This document shows positions 1 through 9,477 of a DNA stretch of 32,000 nt, in pieces; position 1 is the first letter of the stretch; each line of letters begins with the position of its first letter. Source of the stretch: Acaryochloris marina S15 (GTDB taxonomy: Bacteria > Cyanobacteriota > Cyanobacteriia > Thermosynechococcales > Thermosynechococcaceae). The notes beneath the pieces are model-generated. The model made no database searches, was not told where the DNA came from, and worked only from the letters and a program-made list of their open reading frames with translations. The stretch covers positions 1,020,001-1,052,000 of the forward strand of contig NZ_CP064923.1 in assembly GCF_018336915.1 (NCBI RefSeq), in the 5' to 3' direction. Position numbers and translations under genes: made by a program.

Positions 1-2431
1 TCCATAAACGGGTGGTGTAGTCTTCGGAACCAGAGACTAGCCATTTGCCATCGGGACTAAACTGCACGCTTCTCACCCAGTCTTGGTGACCTTTTAGGGT
101 TTCTAATCGCTCCCCCTCCGAGTCCCAAATGTGGATCAGGCGATCCGCAGCGGCTGAGGCCAGTTGTTTGCCATCGGCACTGAAAACGACGCTAAACACC
201 TGGGTACGATGGCCATTCCAACTGCGGATTAATTTGCCTTGGCGACTCCACAGATGCAGGTAGCCATCATAGGAGCCAGTGGCTAAAGCTTGACCATCGG
301 GCCGCCAGTGGAGACTGCGAACCGGTCCATGCCCTACAGGAATCTTTAAAATTCGCTGGCCTTGGAGATTGGAAATTTCGACGGTCTGATCAAAGGAAGC
401 AGAGGCTAGGGATTGACCATCAGGACTGAACTGAAGAGCCGTAATGGCAGAAGGGTGAGGACGAAAATTGGCTAGAGACTGACCGTTGGAGTCCCATAGC
501 CAAACCTGGCCGTCATTAGTGGCGGTGGCAATCACTCCCTCTGTGGTGGGTGGACAGCTAACAGCGTTAACGGGCTGGGGGTGAGGTAACGTTGCCAGGG
601 GTTTACCCTGTAAATCCCATAACCGAGCGGTACGATCTGCTGCCGTTGTGACTAGGGTTGTGCCGCTCTGACAAGCATCCGTTACCCCTGAGCGATGCCC
701 CACCATTTTTGCCAGCAAGTTGCCTTCCAAATCCCAGAGCCGTACTTCCTTATCTTGGGAAGCGGTGATTAAGCGTTGGCCATCCGGGGTAAAACGCACT
801 CTGGTCACCCCCCGCTGATGCCCTCGAATCTGATTTTGCTCCCGCATATCTTCCAAGATCTGCTGCAGGGCTAGGAGTGGAGTCAGGGTGGGAAAGGTGG
901 AGGCCTCTGATCGATCGCCCCAGTCCTGCATTTTGCGAGCTGTTTTTAAAGCTAAGAGTAGAGCTTCTAGTTGCTTGAATTCGGCTTGTTGCAAAGCTTG
1001 CCGAGCATCTCGCTCAATGGCGGTGACTTCTTGGGCTTTGCGAATGGAGGTGCTGGCCCAGAATGCGATCGCAACTGCTGATACGGCAATCCCCACCAAC
1101 GCAATCAACCCCGTCAACACCGTTCGCCTTGCCCGTCGCTGGGCCTGAGCTAGGATGGCATCGGCTTCTGCTTGCTGACAGGCCGCTAAATAACGATAGT
1201 CTTCATCACTAAGCTGTTTCCCAATCGACCATTGCTGTGCAGCCTGTAATTGTTCACCTGATAGAAATTTGGCTTGGCTTTGTTGCCATTGGCGGAGGGC
1301 GGAGGCATAGAAGGATGGCCGCAAACTAGCCACCACATCCTCCACCCAGTCTGAATCAAAAATCTGGGCATAGATTCGATTGGCGACAACCAATTTCTCT
1401 AATCGATTGACAACCAGCCCCGACAAACGCAGCTCGACTTGGGCTGGGCTGGCATCTGCCTTAATGGAGCCTTGCTGCAAAATTCGCTGATAGAGATCGA
1501 GCACTTTGCTGGCGTATTGTTCGTTACTGAGGATGCGATCGCGGATCGTTCTCAAATGCTCAGGTTCATCCTGAGCCTCCCAATTGGCGAGCAGTTTGTC
1601 CTGAATAAACTGCGTTACCCACTGCTCTATCTCTGCAGACTGAGTCGGCAGTTGAGCCGCTGACTGGGCAATCATCTGACAGATTTTTTGCGTCAGAAAC
1701 GGCTGTCCTCCCGTCCAAGACAGTACAGCTTGTAAAACAGCTTGGGCCTGCGGTGTCTGGGAAGTGAGTCCTGCTACTAAAGGCTGGGCTTCTGCTACTT
1801 GAAAGCCCTTTAACTCAATGGCATGTCCCAAATTGAAGGGGGTACGCTGCTTGTCCTGTATTAACCGCGAAGGGGTGGCAACTCCCAACAAGACAAACGC
1901 TAACCGCTGATAAGCCCCATTATCCGTTCGATGGTTATAACAGGCGCGCAGAACAGCAAAAAAATCATCTTTAAAGGGCAACCGCAGAACGCTATCAATT
2001 TCATCAATAAAAATGACTAGCTTTCCCGTACATTCCACTAGCAGGATGGTTTCGATAAAGGTATGAAATCTTTGAACTGGAGATAGCAGAGCTTGGTCTC
2101 GCCACCACTGCCGTAAATTAAAGCGATCGCTCAACTGAAAGCTACTGACTAAACTGCGAATCAGTCCGGCATACCATTGATCTGGCGTAATCTGCTGGCT
2201 ACCCATTTGGGTCAATTCAATGGCTGCACAGGTAATGCCTTCTGCCTGGAGCTGTTGCATTACCTGGACCCGCAAGCTAGATTTCCCCATCTGCCGGGAA
2301 TTGAGGACATAACAGAACTCGCCTGCCCTCAGCTTGTCATACAGTTCCTGATCAGCAGATCGGGCCACATAAGAGGGGGCATCAGCAGGTAAGCTCCCTC
2401 CTACCTGATATTCATAAGAGGAGCCAACCAT
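1..2431 (-). CDS. AAA-like (AAA_35/STAND-type) NTPase, single TM helix, WD40-repeat protein; 3' end cut by the window edge
   Basis: My own minus-strand translation from the ATG at 2431-2429 reads [56 protein letters not shown]..., with a P-loop-like QMGKSS. Further in comes [28 protein letters not shown], a hydrophobic helix at nt 1055-1123. WD40 units follow, ending [30 protein letters not shown] at nt 91-2. The frame set by 2431 is the same frame that reads the WD40 units at nt 2. The ORF track lists no complete minus ORF in that frame, which fits one open frame running off the edge. Nt ~1150-2200 were translated only roughly. Confidence 0.85.
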   Translation of the reverse strand, partial: MVGSSYEYQVGGSLPADAPSYVARSADQELYDKLRAGEFCYVLNSRQMGKSSLRVQVMQQLQAEGITCAAIELTQMGSQQITPDQWYAGLIRSLVSSFQLSDRFNLRQWWRDQALLSPVQRFHTFIETILLVECTGKLVIFIDEIDSVLRLPFKDDFFAVLRACYNHRTDNGAYQRLAFVLLGVATPSRLIQDKQRTPFNLGHAIELKGFQVAEAQPLVAGLTSQTPQAQAVLQAVLSWTGGQPFLTQKICQMIAQSAAQLPTQSAEIEQWVTQFIQDKLLANWEAQDEPEHLRTIRDRILSNEQYASKVLDLYQRILQQGSIKADASPAQVELRLSGLVVNRLEKLVVANRIYAQIFDSDWVEDVVASLRPSFYASALRQWQQSQAKFLSGEQLQAAQQWSIGKQLSDEDYRYLAACQQAEADAILAQAQRRARRTVLTGLIALVGIAVSAVAIAFWASTSIRKAQEVTAIERDARQALQQAEFKQLEALLLALKTARKMQDWGDRSEASTFPTLTPLLALQQILEDMREQNQIRGHQRGVTRVRFTPDGQRLITASQDKEVRLWDLEGNLLAKMVGHRSGVTDACQSGTTLVTTAADRTARLWDLQGKPLATLPHPQPVNAVSCPPTTEGVIATATNDGQVWLWDSNGQSLANFRPHPSAITALQFSPDGQSLASASFDQTVEISNLQGQRILKIPVGHGPVRSLHWRPDGQALATGSYDGYLHLWSRQGKLIRSWNGHRTQVFSVVFSADGKQLASAAADRLIHIWDSEGERLETLKGHQDWVRSVQFSPDGKWLVSGSEDYTTRLW

Positions 2432-2721
2432 AAAAGCCTGCTGTCCATACCATCGTTATTGTCTTAGCATCTCAGAAGGAGAGCTTCCACATCAATGTAG
2501 GTACGATGCCCGGTCCTTATTGAAGTGACTGAGTTCTAAATCATTTAAGAATTGATGTCGAAAAGCCACTGCACTATGCCTTGCCCTCTCTGCCAACCAT
2601 CCTCAAAATAGTTCCAGATCTGGCAAAGTTACAGTGTGATGTCAGCCACCCCGCCGAACCACTACCCCGAACAAATGCGAAAATAAAGAGTGAACAGAAA
2701 AATTTGGTCTGATAAAAATTG

Positions 2722-3240
2722 ATGAACCCAAGAATTAAGCCTTGGTTACGCGCTATTTCAGTTGTTTTTGCCGTATTTTGGTTAGTTGGCTCCTGCTTTA
2801 TATTGGACAGTCAGCCCACTTGGGCAGAAGACGGTGCCCAAAACTTTACCTTTGCGGACCTCCGTTATGAAGATTTCGCCAACAGAAATTTTGAAGGGGC
2901 TTCTTTAGCTGGCGCTATTTTGTTGAAAGCCAACTTAGAAGGTGCCAATCTCAAAGGCACTATCTTAACGATGGCGACCTTTCAGCGATCTAACTTAACG
3001 GGGGCTGACTTAACAGAGACCTTCGCCGATCGCGTTCTCTTTAATGAAGCGGATTTAACGAATGCCATCTTTACGGATGCCATGCTCACCAGCAGTCGTT
3101 TTTATGAGGCCACCATTACAGGGGCTGATTTTTCTTATGCCTTCTTAGACCGAGATCAGGTCGCGATGATGTGTGAATATGCCGATGGTGTTAATCCTGT
3201 GACAGGTGTCTCCACCCGCGAAAGTTTAGAGTGTCCCTAA
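2722..3240 (+). CDS. Pentapeptide-repeat protein with an N-terminal signal/anchor (lumenal or periplasmic type)
   Basis: The track ORF starts at TTG 2719, and an ATG follows at 2722. The N-terminus is hydrophobic (WLRAISVVFAVFWLVGSCFIL). Consecutive A(D/N)LxG-type pentapeptides follow: ASLAGAILLKANLEGANLKGTILTMATFQRSNLTGADLTETFADRVLFNEADLTNAIFTDAML. Confidence 0.85.
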   Translation: MNPRIKPWLRAISVVFAVFWLVGSCFILDSQPTWAEDGAQNFTFADLRYEDFANRNFEGASLAGAILLKANLEGANLKGTILTMATFQRSNLTGADLTETFADRVLFNEADLTNAIFTDAMLTSSRFYEATITGADFSYAFLDRDQVAMMCEYADGVNPVTGVSTRESLECP

Positions 3241-3314
3241 ATTACGCTTGAGGTCCTCGGTTACACATGGCAGTTGGATAGGTTACAAAGGCAACCCAGC
3301 AAATTATTTTTGGG

Positions 3315-3797
3315 TCACTTAGACAGACTTTTCATGTCTTGAACAACCATCCAATACAACCCGATCGAGATCGCTAATCCGACTGCCCCGCTGATGACTA
3401 ACTCATACAATTTGAAGAGATCATGGGTGTTGGCTAGGCTGTAGGTCCAGATGCTGAAGGGCACCATCAGAAAGAGTCCTGTCCAAATCCCAGGTCGCAG
3501 CTTATGGCTTTTCCAACTCAATCCCACATGATCTAAGAATGGGTGGGTCAGCCCTATTGCAGGCAAGATACCGCTGAGAATCGGCAAGCGCCAGCCAACG
3601 ATGGCTAAGGCAATCACAAAGATAAAAATAATTGAATTTTCCAGCATAAAGAAGCGAGTAGATTTCACTACTTGCGACTTTGAGGTTGCTTTTTGATATT
3701 CGGGTAGCCAGCCTTCTTCAACTGTATGGATGATAATTGCGAGAGCAACTAACCAAATTGCTAAATCTTTAACAGCCATAAGCATTACATTGCTCAT
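3315..3797 (-). CDS. HXXEE-motif integral membrane protein
   Basis: 160-aa ORF with about four hydrophobic helices. The literal HTVEE motif sits at the end of the first helix (LVALAIIIHTVEEGWLPEY). Confidence 0.65.
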   Translation of the reverse strand: MSNVMLMAVKDLAIWLVALAIIIHTVEEGWLPEYQKATSKSQVVKSTRFFMLENSIIFIFVIALAIVGWRLPILSGILPAIGLTHPFLDHVGLSWKSHKLRPGIWTGLFLMVPFSIWTYSLANTHDLFKLYELVISGAVGLAISIGLYWMVVQDMKSLSK

Positions 3798-3913
3798 CGT
3801 TGTTGTATTTGCTTATTCTACTGAGATTAAGCTGTATCGGCAGAGATTAGCGATGGCTAGTAGATTCCATTAATCTATGAGTCTTTTAAGACTAACTTGT
3901 GGATCACCATGCT

Positions 3914-4285
3914 TTAGTTTATGGCTGCAATAGTTACAGTTCCGCCTTCAGTGACATCAACTTGCAGCTTAAATCCATATAGCAAGCTCATGCCGATTAG
4001 CGGATCTGCTTCAGAAGCTGCCACATCAATAATCTGAGGTTTGCCATCCCAAATTACCGTTGCTTTATGCATATCAAAAACGACCTCACTGCCATCGCCT
4101 AAAGTCCCAATATCACGGAAATACCAAGGTAGGCCAAGGGTGGTAATGGTTGAGGGTGGAAGAGATAAAAAGCCTGTGAACCCTGTATCAATGACAGCTT
4201 CAACGATTTGCTTGGGTGCATCGGCATGACCCACTGCAACGCGAAGGATGGCTTCACAACGTTGGTTGACGAAGCCGTGCATCAT
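3914..4285 (-). CDS. Retropepsin-like (clan AA) aspartic protease, single-lobe 123 aa
   Basis: The catalytic-type VIDTGFTG motif has its D-T-G codons at 4189-4181. An LIGMSLL segment lies near the C-terminus, and the size is typical of homodimeric retropepsin-like proteases. Confidence 0.8.
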   Translation of the reverse strand: MMHGFVNQRCEAILRVAVGHADAPKQIVEAVIDTGFTGFLSLPPSTITTLGLPWYFRDIGTLGDGSEVVFDMHKATVIWDGKPQIIDVAASEADPLIGMSLLYGFKLQVDVTEGGTVTIAAIN

Positions 4286-4557
4286 ACCGTGTTCTTACGA
4301 CTCCGGGAGCCAAAACGATAGACGGCCTGATGACCTATCCGAATCACCCAGGGTTGAGCGTTTGGATAACGCTCATAAAGTCGATCTGTTGCTGAAATAG
4401 GGGTATCAGCTACCTCAAAAGCGCCAGTTTCGATATCAATTGCCACGATTTTGCCATGATTGCCCGCTTCAACTTGGGAGCGTACCTGGGTTTCATAGAT
4501 CTCATTGCCTTGCTTAGCAAACTCTTCTTTGCTGTAGCGAGGATGTCGAACGGTCAT
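4282..4557 (-). CDS. Small (91 aa) partner protein of the aspartic protease, function unknown
   Basis: Its TGA stop (4284-4282) overlaps the protease ATG (4285-4283) as ATGA. The sequence ...GKIVAIDIETGAFEVADTPISATDRLYERYPNAQPWVIRIG... contains no catalytic motif I recognise. Confidence 0.65.
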   Translation of the reverse strand: MTVRHPRYSKEEFAKQGNEIYETQVRSQVEAGNHGKIVAIDIETGAFEVADTPISATDRLYERYPNAQPWVIRIGHQAVYRFGSRSRKNTV

Positions 4558-4782
4558 TGGCTAGTGACGTAACGCTAGTTATGTTCACTATTCTAACTTG
4601 GGGAATGGTGAACCAGTGCTGTTAGACCAAGTTGTCAAATCTTGAATAGTCATAAGCCTGTCACCCATCATTACGTTCACTGCTGATCTTGGCTTTATGG
4701 ACCCGACTGCCTTGCACCAGAATGAGTAGTAGTAAAACTCAACTATGTACCAAGTTTTTATAAAAAGATTTTCAATGAGGCA

Positions 4783-5730
4783 TTATTCGTAGGTTGTCCA
4801 CTCAAAACCCAACTGTCTAACTGATTGCAATTCACACAAATCGAAATATTGCGTTTCCAAAATCTTCGTAATAACTGTTACGCCTGATGTATAAATAGGG
4901 ATGTGAAATTTATTGCCTTCAAAAACACCTTTACCTTGATCATGATGATTATAGTTATGATGCCAATCATCAAATTGAACGAGCTTTTCTAGATTTTTTG
5001 AAACATACAAATATAGCTCCTCGTCTGTTGAGTATAATTCTTCGCCAAAACTCTCTACAAGATTCACTAGAAGATCGAAATCATATTCAGGTGCTAGATT
5101 TTGTCTGACCACATCTTTCGAAGGGATTGCAACTAGCTCATCACGAATATATACCTCTAGTTCTTGAGAGATAATACGCTGATAATTTTCGTCATATTTC
5201 ACTTCTCTATCGTCCCATTGAAAAGATGAATGTAAAGCTGGCGTGCCAAATCCTTCTTCTACTTTCACTCCAGGTCCATAGGCACGGAGCATCAGTCCTA
5301 TTCCATCTGAAGACGGGTAGTTCATCAGTAGTTCATATACAATTGCCCAGCTCTCTCGATTACAAAAGCCTGTCACTCTAACTGCTGCGATGTCGTAATT
5401 CAGATTGAGTAGAGGATAATCCTTTTTATCCAAATATTGAAGGATTTCATCTGAGGTAAAGCCCCTTGATTCCTCCTGAAGCGGATATTCAGATATGGCC
5501 GATGATATTACTTTGAGAAAAGCTTTTTGAGAGTTTTCATTGGCCTGATTTCCGCACGCCTCACCCTCACAATCTGTCGAAAAAATCTTGCCTGTGATCT
5601 CATCTTGAGAATTTTCAAAATCCCCCAGAATATTGGCTGCAATCGCATCTTGCACATTAGGAGGCAACGCTAAGATCAAAGCTTTGATCTTAGCAATGGC
5701 TTGTTCAGCAAGTTCTGTAAGTTCTGTCAT
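4783..5730 (-). CDS. Hypothetical acidic 315-aa protein (orphan, AT-rich gene)
   Basis: Long uninterrupted ORF inside an AT-rich stretch, where stop codons would otherwise be frequent. It starts at an ATG (MTELTELAEQAIAKIKALILALPPNVQDAIAANILGDFEN...). No domain is recognisable by eye, and there is a His-rich patch DDWHHNYNHHDQGKG. Confidence 0.6.
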   Translation of the reverse strand: MTELTELAEQAIAKIKALILALPPNVQDAIAANILGDFENSQDEITGKIFSTDCEGEACGNQANENSQKAFLKVISSAISEYPLQEESRGFTSDEILQYLDKKDYPLLNLNYDIAAVRVTGFCNRESWAIVYELLMNYPSSDGIGLMLRAYGPGVKVEEGFGTPALHSSFQWDDREVKYDENYQRIISQELEVYIRDELVAIPSKDVVRQNLAPEYDFDLLVNLVESFGEELYSTDEELYLYVSKNLEKLVQFDDWHHNYNHHDQGKGVFEGNKFHIPIYTSGVTVITKILETQYFDLCELQSVRQLGFEWTTYE

Positions 5731-5848
5731 AACTTCAATCCCACTCTAAGGGAAAAACTGTATTTTATTTAAGTACTATTTAAAGGCTATAGATAGTGTT
5801 TCTACAGATAGTAAGTACTCCTATTTTTTGCAATCTATGACAAGAATT

Positions 5849-7183
5849 TTAGCTCGAATATATCCTTTGAAAATAAGATTCATAAAGGTCATTACGAGGA
5901 ATAACTTGATTGTTCTCTCGCTTGATTAACCCCATACTATGGAGTTTATAGGCTTGCACAGGGTTAAGAGATGCAGTAGCCGTTAGCACCCCTTGAAATG
6001 CCTGCATCAAATTAGGCGTCTGCTGCAACGTTACCCAGTGGTGCAACAGATGACCACTATAAATCCCCTCATCACTAGCAGCCATTTGCACAAGCTGATT
6101 AAACGTCAGTTCCCTCGTACTGAGGGCAGATAGCGCTACCCGAACCAAATAGGGGTGCCCCCCAATCATCGCCATTAGTTTCGACAACTCACCCTCAGTA
6201 AGAGCCACCTGATGCAGTTGAGCAAGGTGTTGGATTTGGTTTGCAGTGAACTCCGAAAGGCCAATGGGAACCCCCGTATTAAAAGGAGATTGATGATAAT
6301 CCAGCGGGATATAAGCTTCCGTTGAATGAACCAAAATTAGCCGTAATTGTTGCCATTGCTGAGAGATTCGCCCCTTCTCATGCCAGCTCCGCAACATACC
6401 AAAAAAGTCTTCGATGATGTCTTGAAAGGGGAATAGGCGATCGACATTATCTAGTCCTAAAACGAACGGTCCCTGCACTTCTAGGAATAAATGATCTTCA
6501 AAATAGGCCGTGCAATTATCATTACTGCCAAAAATCTCTGAATCCCAAAGTTCTGAGAGTCGATTTTGTAAACGAAGTTGGCGGCTAGTCATGGCACAGA
6601 GCCACTTTAATAGCTTCTCCAAGCTCGCCAAAACAGACTTATCGACACTCCCCATATCGATATAGACCGTGGGATAGGCTTGCTGCTGAGCAAAGGCCAT
6701 CAAGTGATAGAGCAATGAAGTTTTACCCATCAGTTGCGGTGCTTTAATCCGCAGTAATGCTCCCGGTTTAAGTAATGTCTGGCAGCCTAGTTGTTCGACA
6801 CCCGCCCGCTCCAAATAAAAAGGAGACTCCGGCGAAAGGGGACCTTCAATGATTGGAGCTGGATTCAAAGCTACCGCAGGCGTGGAGTGGGCCTGCTGTT
6901 CCCAAGCCCGTCGTAACGCCTCTTTAAAATTGGTTTTACTAACCTTCTCGTTTAGCGCCTGTCCCAAGCGCTTCCACAAAGGACTACCAATATCTCGGTT
7001 GAGGTAAGCAGACCCATAGTTTAGCTGCTCCGCCATTTGCTCATAGGTTTGATGATTCCAAGACCCTTGCAATACCTGGACTTCCAGATCACTCAGGTGT
7101 TTGGTGGTCGCTGTAAAGATCAGTCGATTGGCAAAGTCTCGGGCCACGGGCCAGCTAAAATCTGCGTCGTTCTCCATACCCAA
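5849..7183 (-). CDS. N-terminal HTH-like module + AAA-like (AAA_35/STAND-type) NTPase, with no repeat or effector domain
   Basis: Residues ~25-95 (LSDLEVQVLQGSWNHQTYEQMAEQLNYGSAYLNRDIGSPLWKRLGQAL) follow the LuxR/GerE-type HTH pattern. The NTPase part follows: FYLERAGVEQLGCQTLLKPGALLRIKAPQLMGKTSLLYHL (P-loop-like MGKTS), then a Walker-B-like FVLGLDNVD. This is the same domain type as the N-terminus of the 1-2431 protein. Confidence 0.8.
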   Translation of the reverse strand: MGMENDADFSWPVARDFANRLIFTATTKHLSDLEVQVLQGSWNHQTYEQMAEQLNYGSAYLNRDIGSPLWKRLGQALNEKVSKTNFKEALRRAWEQQAHSTPAVALNPAPIIEGPLSPESPFYLERAGVEQLGCQTLLKPGALLRIKAPQLMGKTSLLYHLMAFAQQQAYPTVYIDMGSVDKSVLASLEKLLKWLCAMTSRQLRLQNRLSELWDSEIFGSNDNCTAYFEDHLFLEVQGPFVLGLDNVDRLFPFQDIIEDFFGMLRSWHEKGRISQQWQQLRLILVHSTEAYIPLDYHQSPFNTGVPIGLSEFTANQIQHLAQLHQVALTEGELSKLMAMIGGHPYLVRVALSALSTRELTFNQLVQMAASDEGIYSGHLLHHWVTLQQTPNLMQAFQGVLTATASLNPVQAYKLHSMGLIKRENNQVIPRNDLYESYFQRIYSS

Positions 7184-7343
7184 TTTCTGGTAATGCTATT
7201 GGCGCTGTTAATGCCGGAACCCACTTCCCAATTAAAACCTATAAATTCCAATAATTTGCGATCGCACTCCGCTACAACACCCAATTAATTCCCCTTGGTT
7301 CTTCCTTTCACCTTGACCAGAATGGGGTCAATTGCATTTGGTG

Positions 7344-7350
7344 TAAGGAG
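7344..7350 (+). promoter_or_regulatory. Shine-Dalgarno sequence for the VIT-vWA gene
   Basis: TAAGGAG lies 6 nt upstream of the ATG at 7357. Confidence 0.6.
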
Positions 7351-7356
7351 TCTCAC

Positions 7357-9477
7357 ATGTCCCATCCCAGTCAACAACCGGGTTCTTGGCATCAACCCAT
7401 TTCCACCCTGCTATTACTCTCTGGCATGGTCGCAGGGACCGTATTTGTCAGCTCAAATGTACTGCGGTTCGAATCTAAATCCCATGCCCAGTCCCCCAAG
7501 CTGTCCCAACCCCAACAAGAGATAGACCGCAAAGCGGATAGTCCCACCGGAGGTCTATTTGCTGAGGTAGATGGCAAGAAACTGTCCTTTCCCCTCAAAC
7601 AGACCGATGTAGAAGCCGATATCTCCGGCAACCTATCGCGGGTAGAGGTCAAGCAAACCTTTACTAATCCCTATGACCGGCCTTTGGAAGCGATCTATCA
7701 GTTTCCGCTCCCCGAAGATGCCGCCGTGGACGATATGGAAATTCGGATTGGCAATCGGATTATTCGCGGTGTGATCAAAGAGCGGCAAGAAGCCAAGCAA
7801 ATCTATGAAACGGCCAAGCAGGAGGGCAAAACTGCTGCCCTACTGGAGCAAGAGCGGGCCAATTTATTTTCCCAATCCCTCGCCAATATCGTGCCAGGGG
7901 AAACCATTGAAGTCGTGATTCGCTACACCAACAGCCTGGAGTTCGAGGGGGGCGATTACGAGTTTGTCTTTCCTACCGTGGTTGGGCCTCGCTATATTCC
8001 TGGGGCTCAGATTGATGCAGCAGGCAATACCACTCGGGTCGCCGATGCCGCCAAGATTACGCCCCCCGTACTACCTCCAAAGCAGCGGTCTGGCAACGAT
8101 ATCAGTATCACCGTCAATTTAGATGCGGGGGTGCCGATACGGAATTTGCGATCGCCCTCCCATCCCATCCTCACTAGTCAAAAAGGTCAGCAAACTCAGG
8201 TTAAGTTAGCGAATCAAACCACCATCCCCAACAAAGACCTAATTCTGCGCTATCAGGTCGCCAACAAACAAACTCAAGCCACCCTGCTCACCCAGTCTGA
8301 CCAACGGGGCGGGCACTTTGCCACCTATTTAATTCCAGCTCTCAAATATAAGTCGAATGAGATTGTCCCCAAGGATGTGGTGTTCCTAATGGATACCTCC
8401 GGCTCCCAGAGTGGGCCACCCATTGTCCAATCCAAAAAGCTGATGACCCAGTTCTTGGACAAGCTCAATCCCAACGATACCTTCAGCATCATCAACTTCT
8501 CCAACACCACCTCCAAGCTATCCGAAAAGCCCCTAGCCAATACCCCAGTCAACCGCCAAAAGGCCCTCGCCTATATCAAAAAGCTAAATGCCGATGGGGG
8601 CACAGAGCTGATGAATGGCATCAATACCGTTGCCGCCTTTCCCCCTGCCCCAGATGGTCGCCTACGGAGTGTGGTGCTGCTCACAGATGGCCTAATTGGC
8701 GATGATGAAACCGTGATTGCCGCAGTCCGCGATCGCCTCAAGCCGGGGAATCGGATTTATCCTTTTGGTGTGGGCTATTCCACCAATCGATTCTTGCTGG
8801 ATCGACTAGCAGAAGTCGGTCGAGGATCGGTTGAAGTCGTCGCCCCCAAAGACTCAGCAGAGAAGGTGGCCGCTAAGTTCGTCAAAACTATTAACAAGCC
8901 CGTCTTAACGGATATCGAAGTCTCCTGGGTGGGGCCTGGCAAAGGTCCAGATATTTATCCCCAGCGCGTTCCCGATCTGTTCGCCAATCAGCCCCTTGTT
9001 CTCCATGGGCGCAAGCAAGATGGCCAGTCCGGCAAACTGAAAATTACGGGACGGATGGCCGGTGGAAAACCCTATGAACAGGTCTTGGGGGTCAAGTTTA
9101 ATGCCTCTGGCAATGAAGCTATTGCCCAACTTTGGGGCCGCAACCGGATCAAGAGCTTGATGAATCAGATGTATGGCCGAGAAACGGACCCGGCAGTTAA
9201 GCAGGTGACCAATACCGCCCTCGCCTATCGTTTGCTCTCTAAATACACTGCCTTTGTCGCTGTCACGGAAGAAATCCGCGTCGACCCCAACAATCCCAAC
9301 CTCACACAACGGGTGCCCGTCGATCTACCAGAAGGCATGAAACTCACTAATCCGGCTGCCCATGCTACCCCGGAACCTAGTGAAATCCTCGGTTATCTGA
9401 TTGCCCTCTTTGGCATCTTTCTCGTCATGGCCAAAAAGCATGGCTTGAAATGGTTGCCCACTCGGAGGCAGTCATGA
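7357..9477 (+). CDS. Secreted VIT-domain + von Willebrand A-domain protein with a C-terminal PEP-CTERM sorting signal
   Basis: - Signal-like N-terminus: ISTLLLLSGMVAGTVFV.
- VIT-type block: VKQTFTNPYDRPLEAIYQFPLPEDAAVDDMEIRIGNRIIRGVIKERQEAKQIYETAKQEGKTAALLEQ.
- vWA MIDAS motif DTSGS at nt 8392-8406 (VVFLMDTSGSQSG).
- C-terminus TPEPSEILGYLIALFGIFLVMAKKHGLKWLPTRRQS. Confidence 0.9.
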   Translation: MSHPSQQPGSWHQPISTLLLLSGMVAGTVFVSSNVLRFESKSHAQSPKLSQPQQEIDRKADSPTGGLFAEVDGKKLSFPLKQTDVEADISGNLSRVEVKQTFTNPYDRPLEAIYQFPLPEDAAVDDMEIRIGNRIIRGVIKERQEAKQIYETAKQEGKTAALLEQERANLFSQSLANIVPGETIEVVIRYTNSLEFEGGDYEFVFPTVVGPRYIPGAQIDAAGNTTRVADAAKITPPVLPPKQRSGNDISITVNLDAGVPIRNLRSPSHPILTSQKGQQTQVKLANQTTIPNKDLILRYQVANKQTQATLLTQSDQRGGHFATYLIPALKYKSNEIVPKDVVFLMDTSGSQSGPPIVQSKKLMTQFLDKLNPNDTFSIINFSNTTSKLSEKPLANTPVNRQKALAYIKKLNADGGTELMNGINTVAAFPPAPDGRLRSVVLLTDGLIGDDETVIAAVRDRLKPGNRIYPFGVGYSTNRFLLDRLAEVGRGSVEVVAPKDSAEKVAAKFVKTINKPVLTDIEVSWVGPGKGPDIYPQRVPDLFANQPLVLHGRKQDGQSGKLKITGRMAGGKPYEQVLGVKFNASGNEAIAQLWGRNRIKSLMNQMYGRETDPAVKQVTNTALAYRLLSKYTAFVAVTEEIRVDPNNPNLTQRVPVDLPEGMKLTNPAAHATPEPSEILGYLIALFGIFLVMAKKHGLKWLPTRRQS
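9370..9474 (+). other. PEP-CTERM-type sorting signal (PEP motif, TM helix, basic tail) within the VIT-vWA CDS
   Basis: The P-E-P codons are at 9370-9378. A hydrophobic segment ILGYLIALFGIFLVMA follows, then basic residues KKH...RR. Confidence 0.75.

Noticed and set aside
888-2392. Four short track ORFs (888-1148, 1186-1389, 1439-1663, 2177-2392) within the first 2.4 kb.
   Set aside because: All lie inside, and out of frame with or antisense to, the long minus-strand NTPase-WD40 reading frame. That frame is missing from the track only because it runs off the window edge.
8905-9309. A 134-aa minus-strand ORF inside the VIT-vWA gene. Similar antisense or alternative-frame ORFs occur at 7392-7652, 8325-8552, 9837-10025 and 10265-10606.
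   Set aside because: They are antisense to genes with strong domain evidence. Their translations are not protein-like and they have no independent support.
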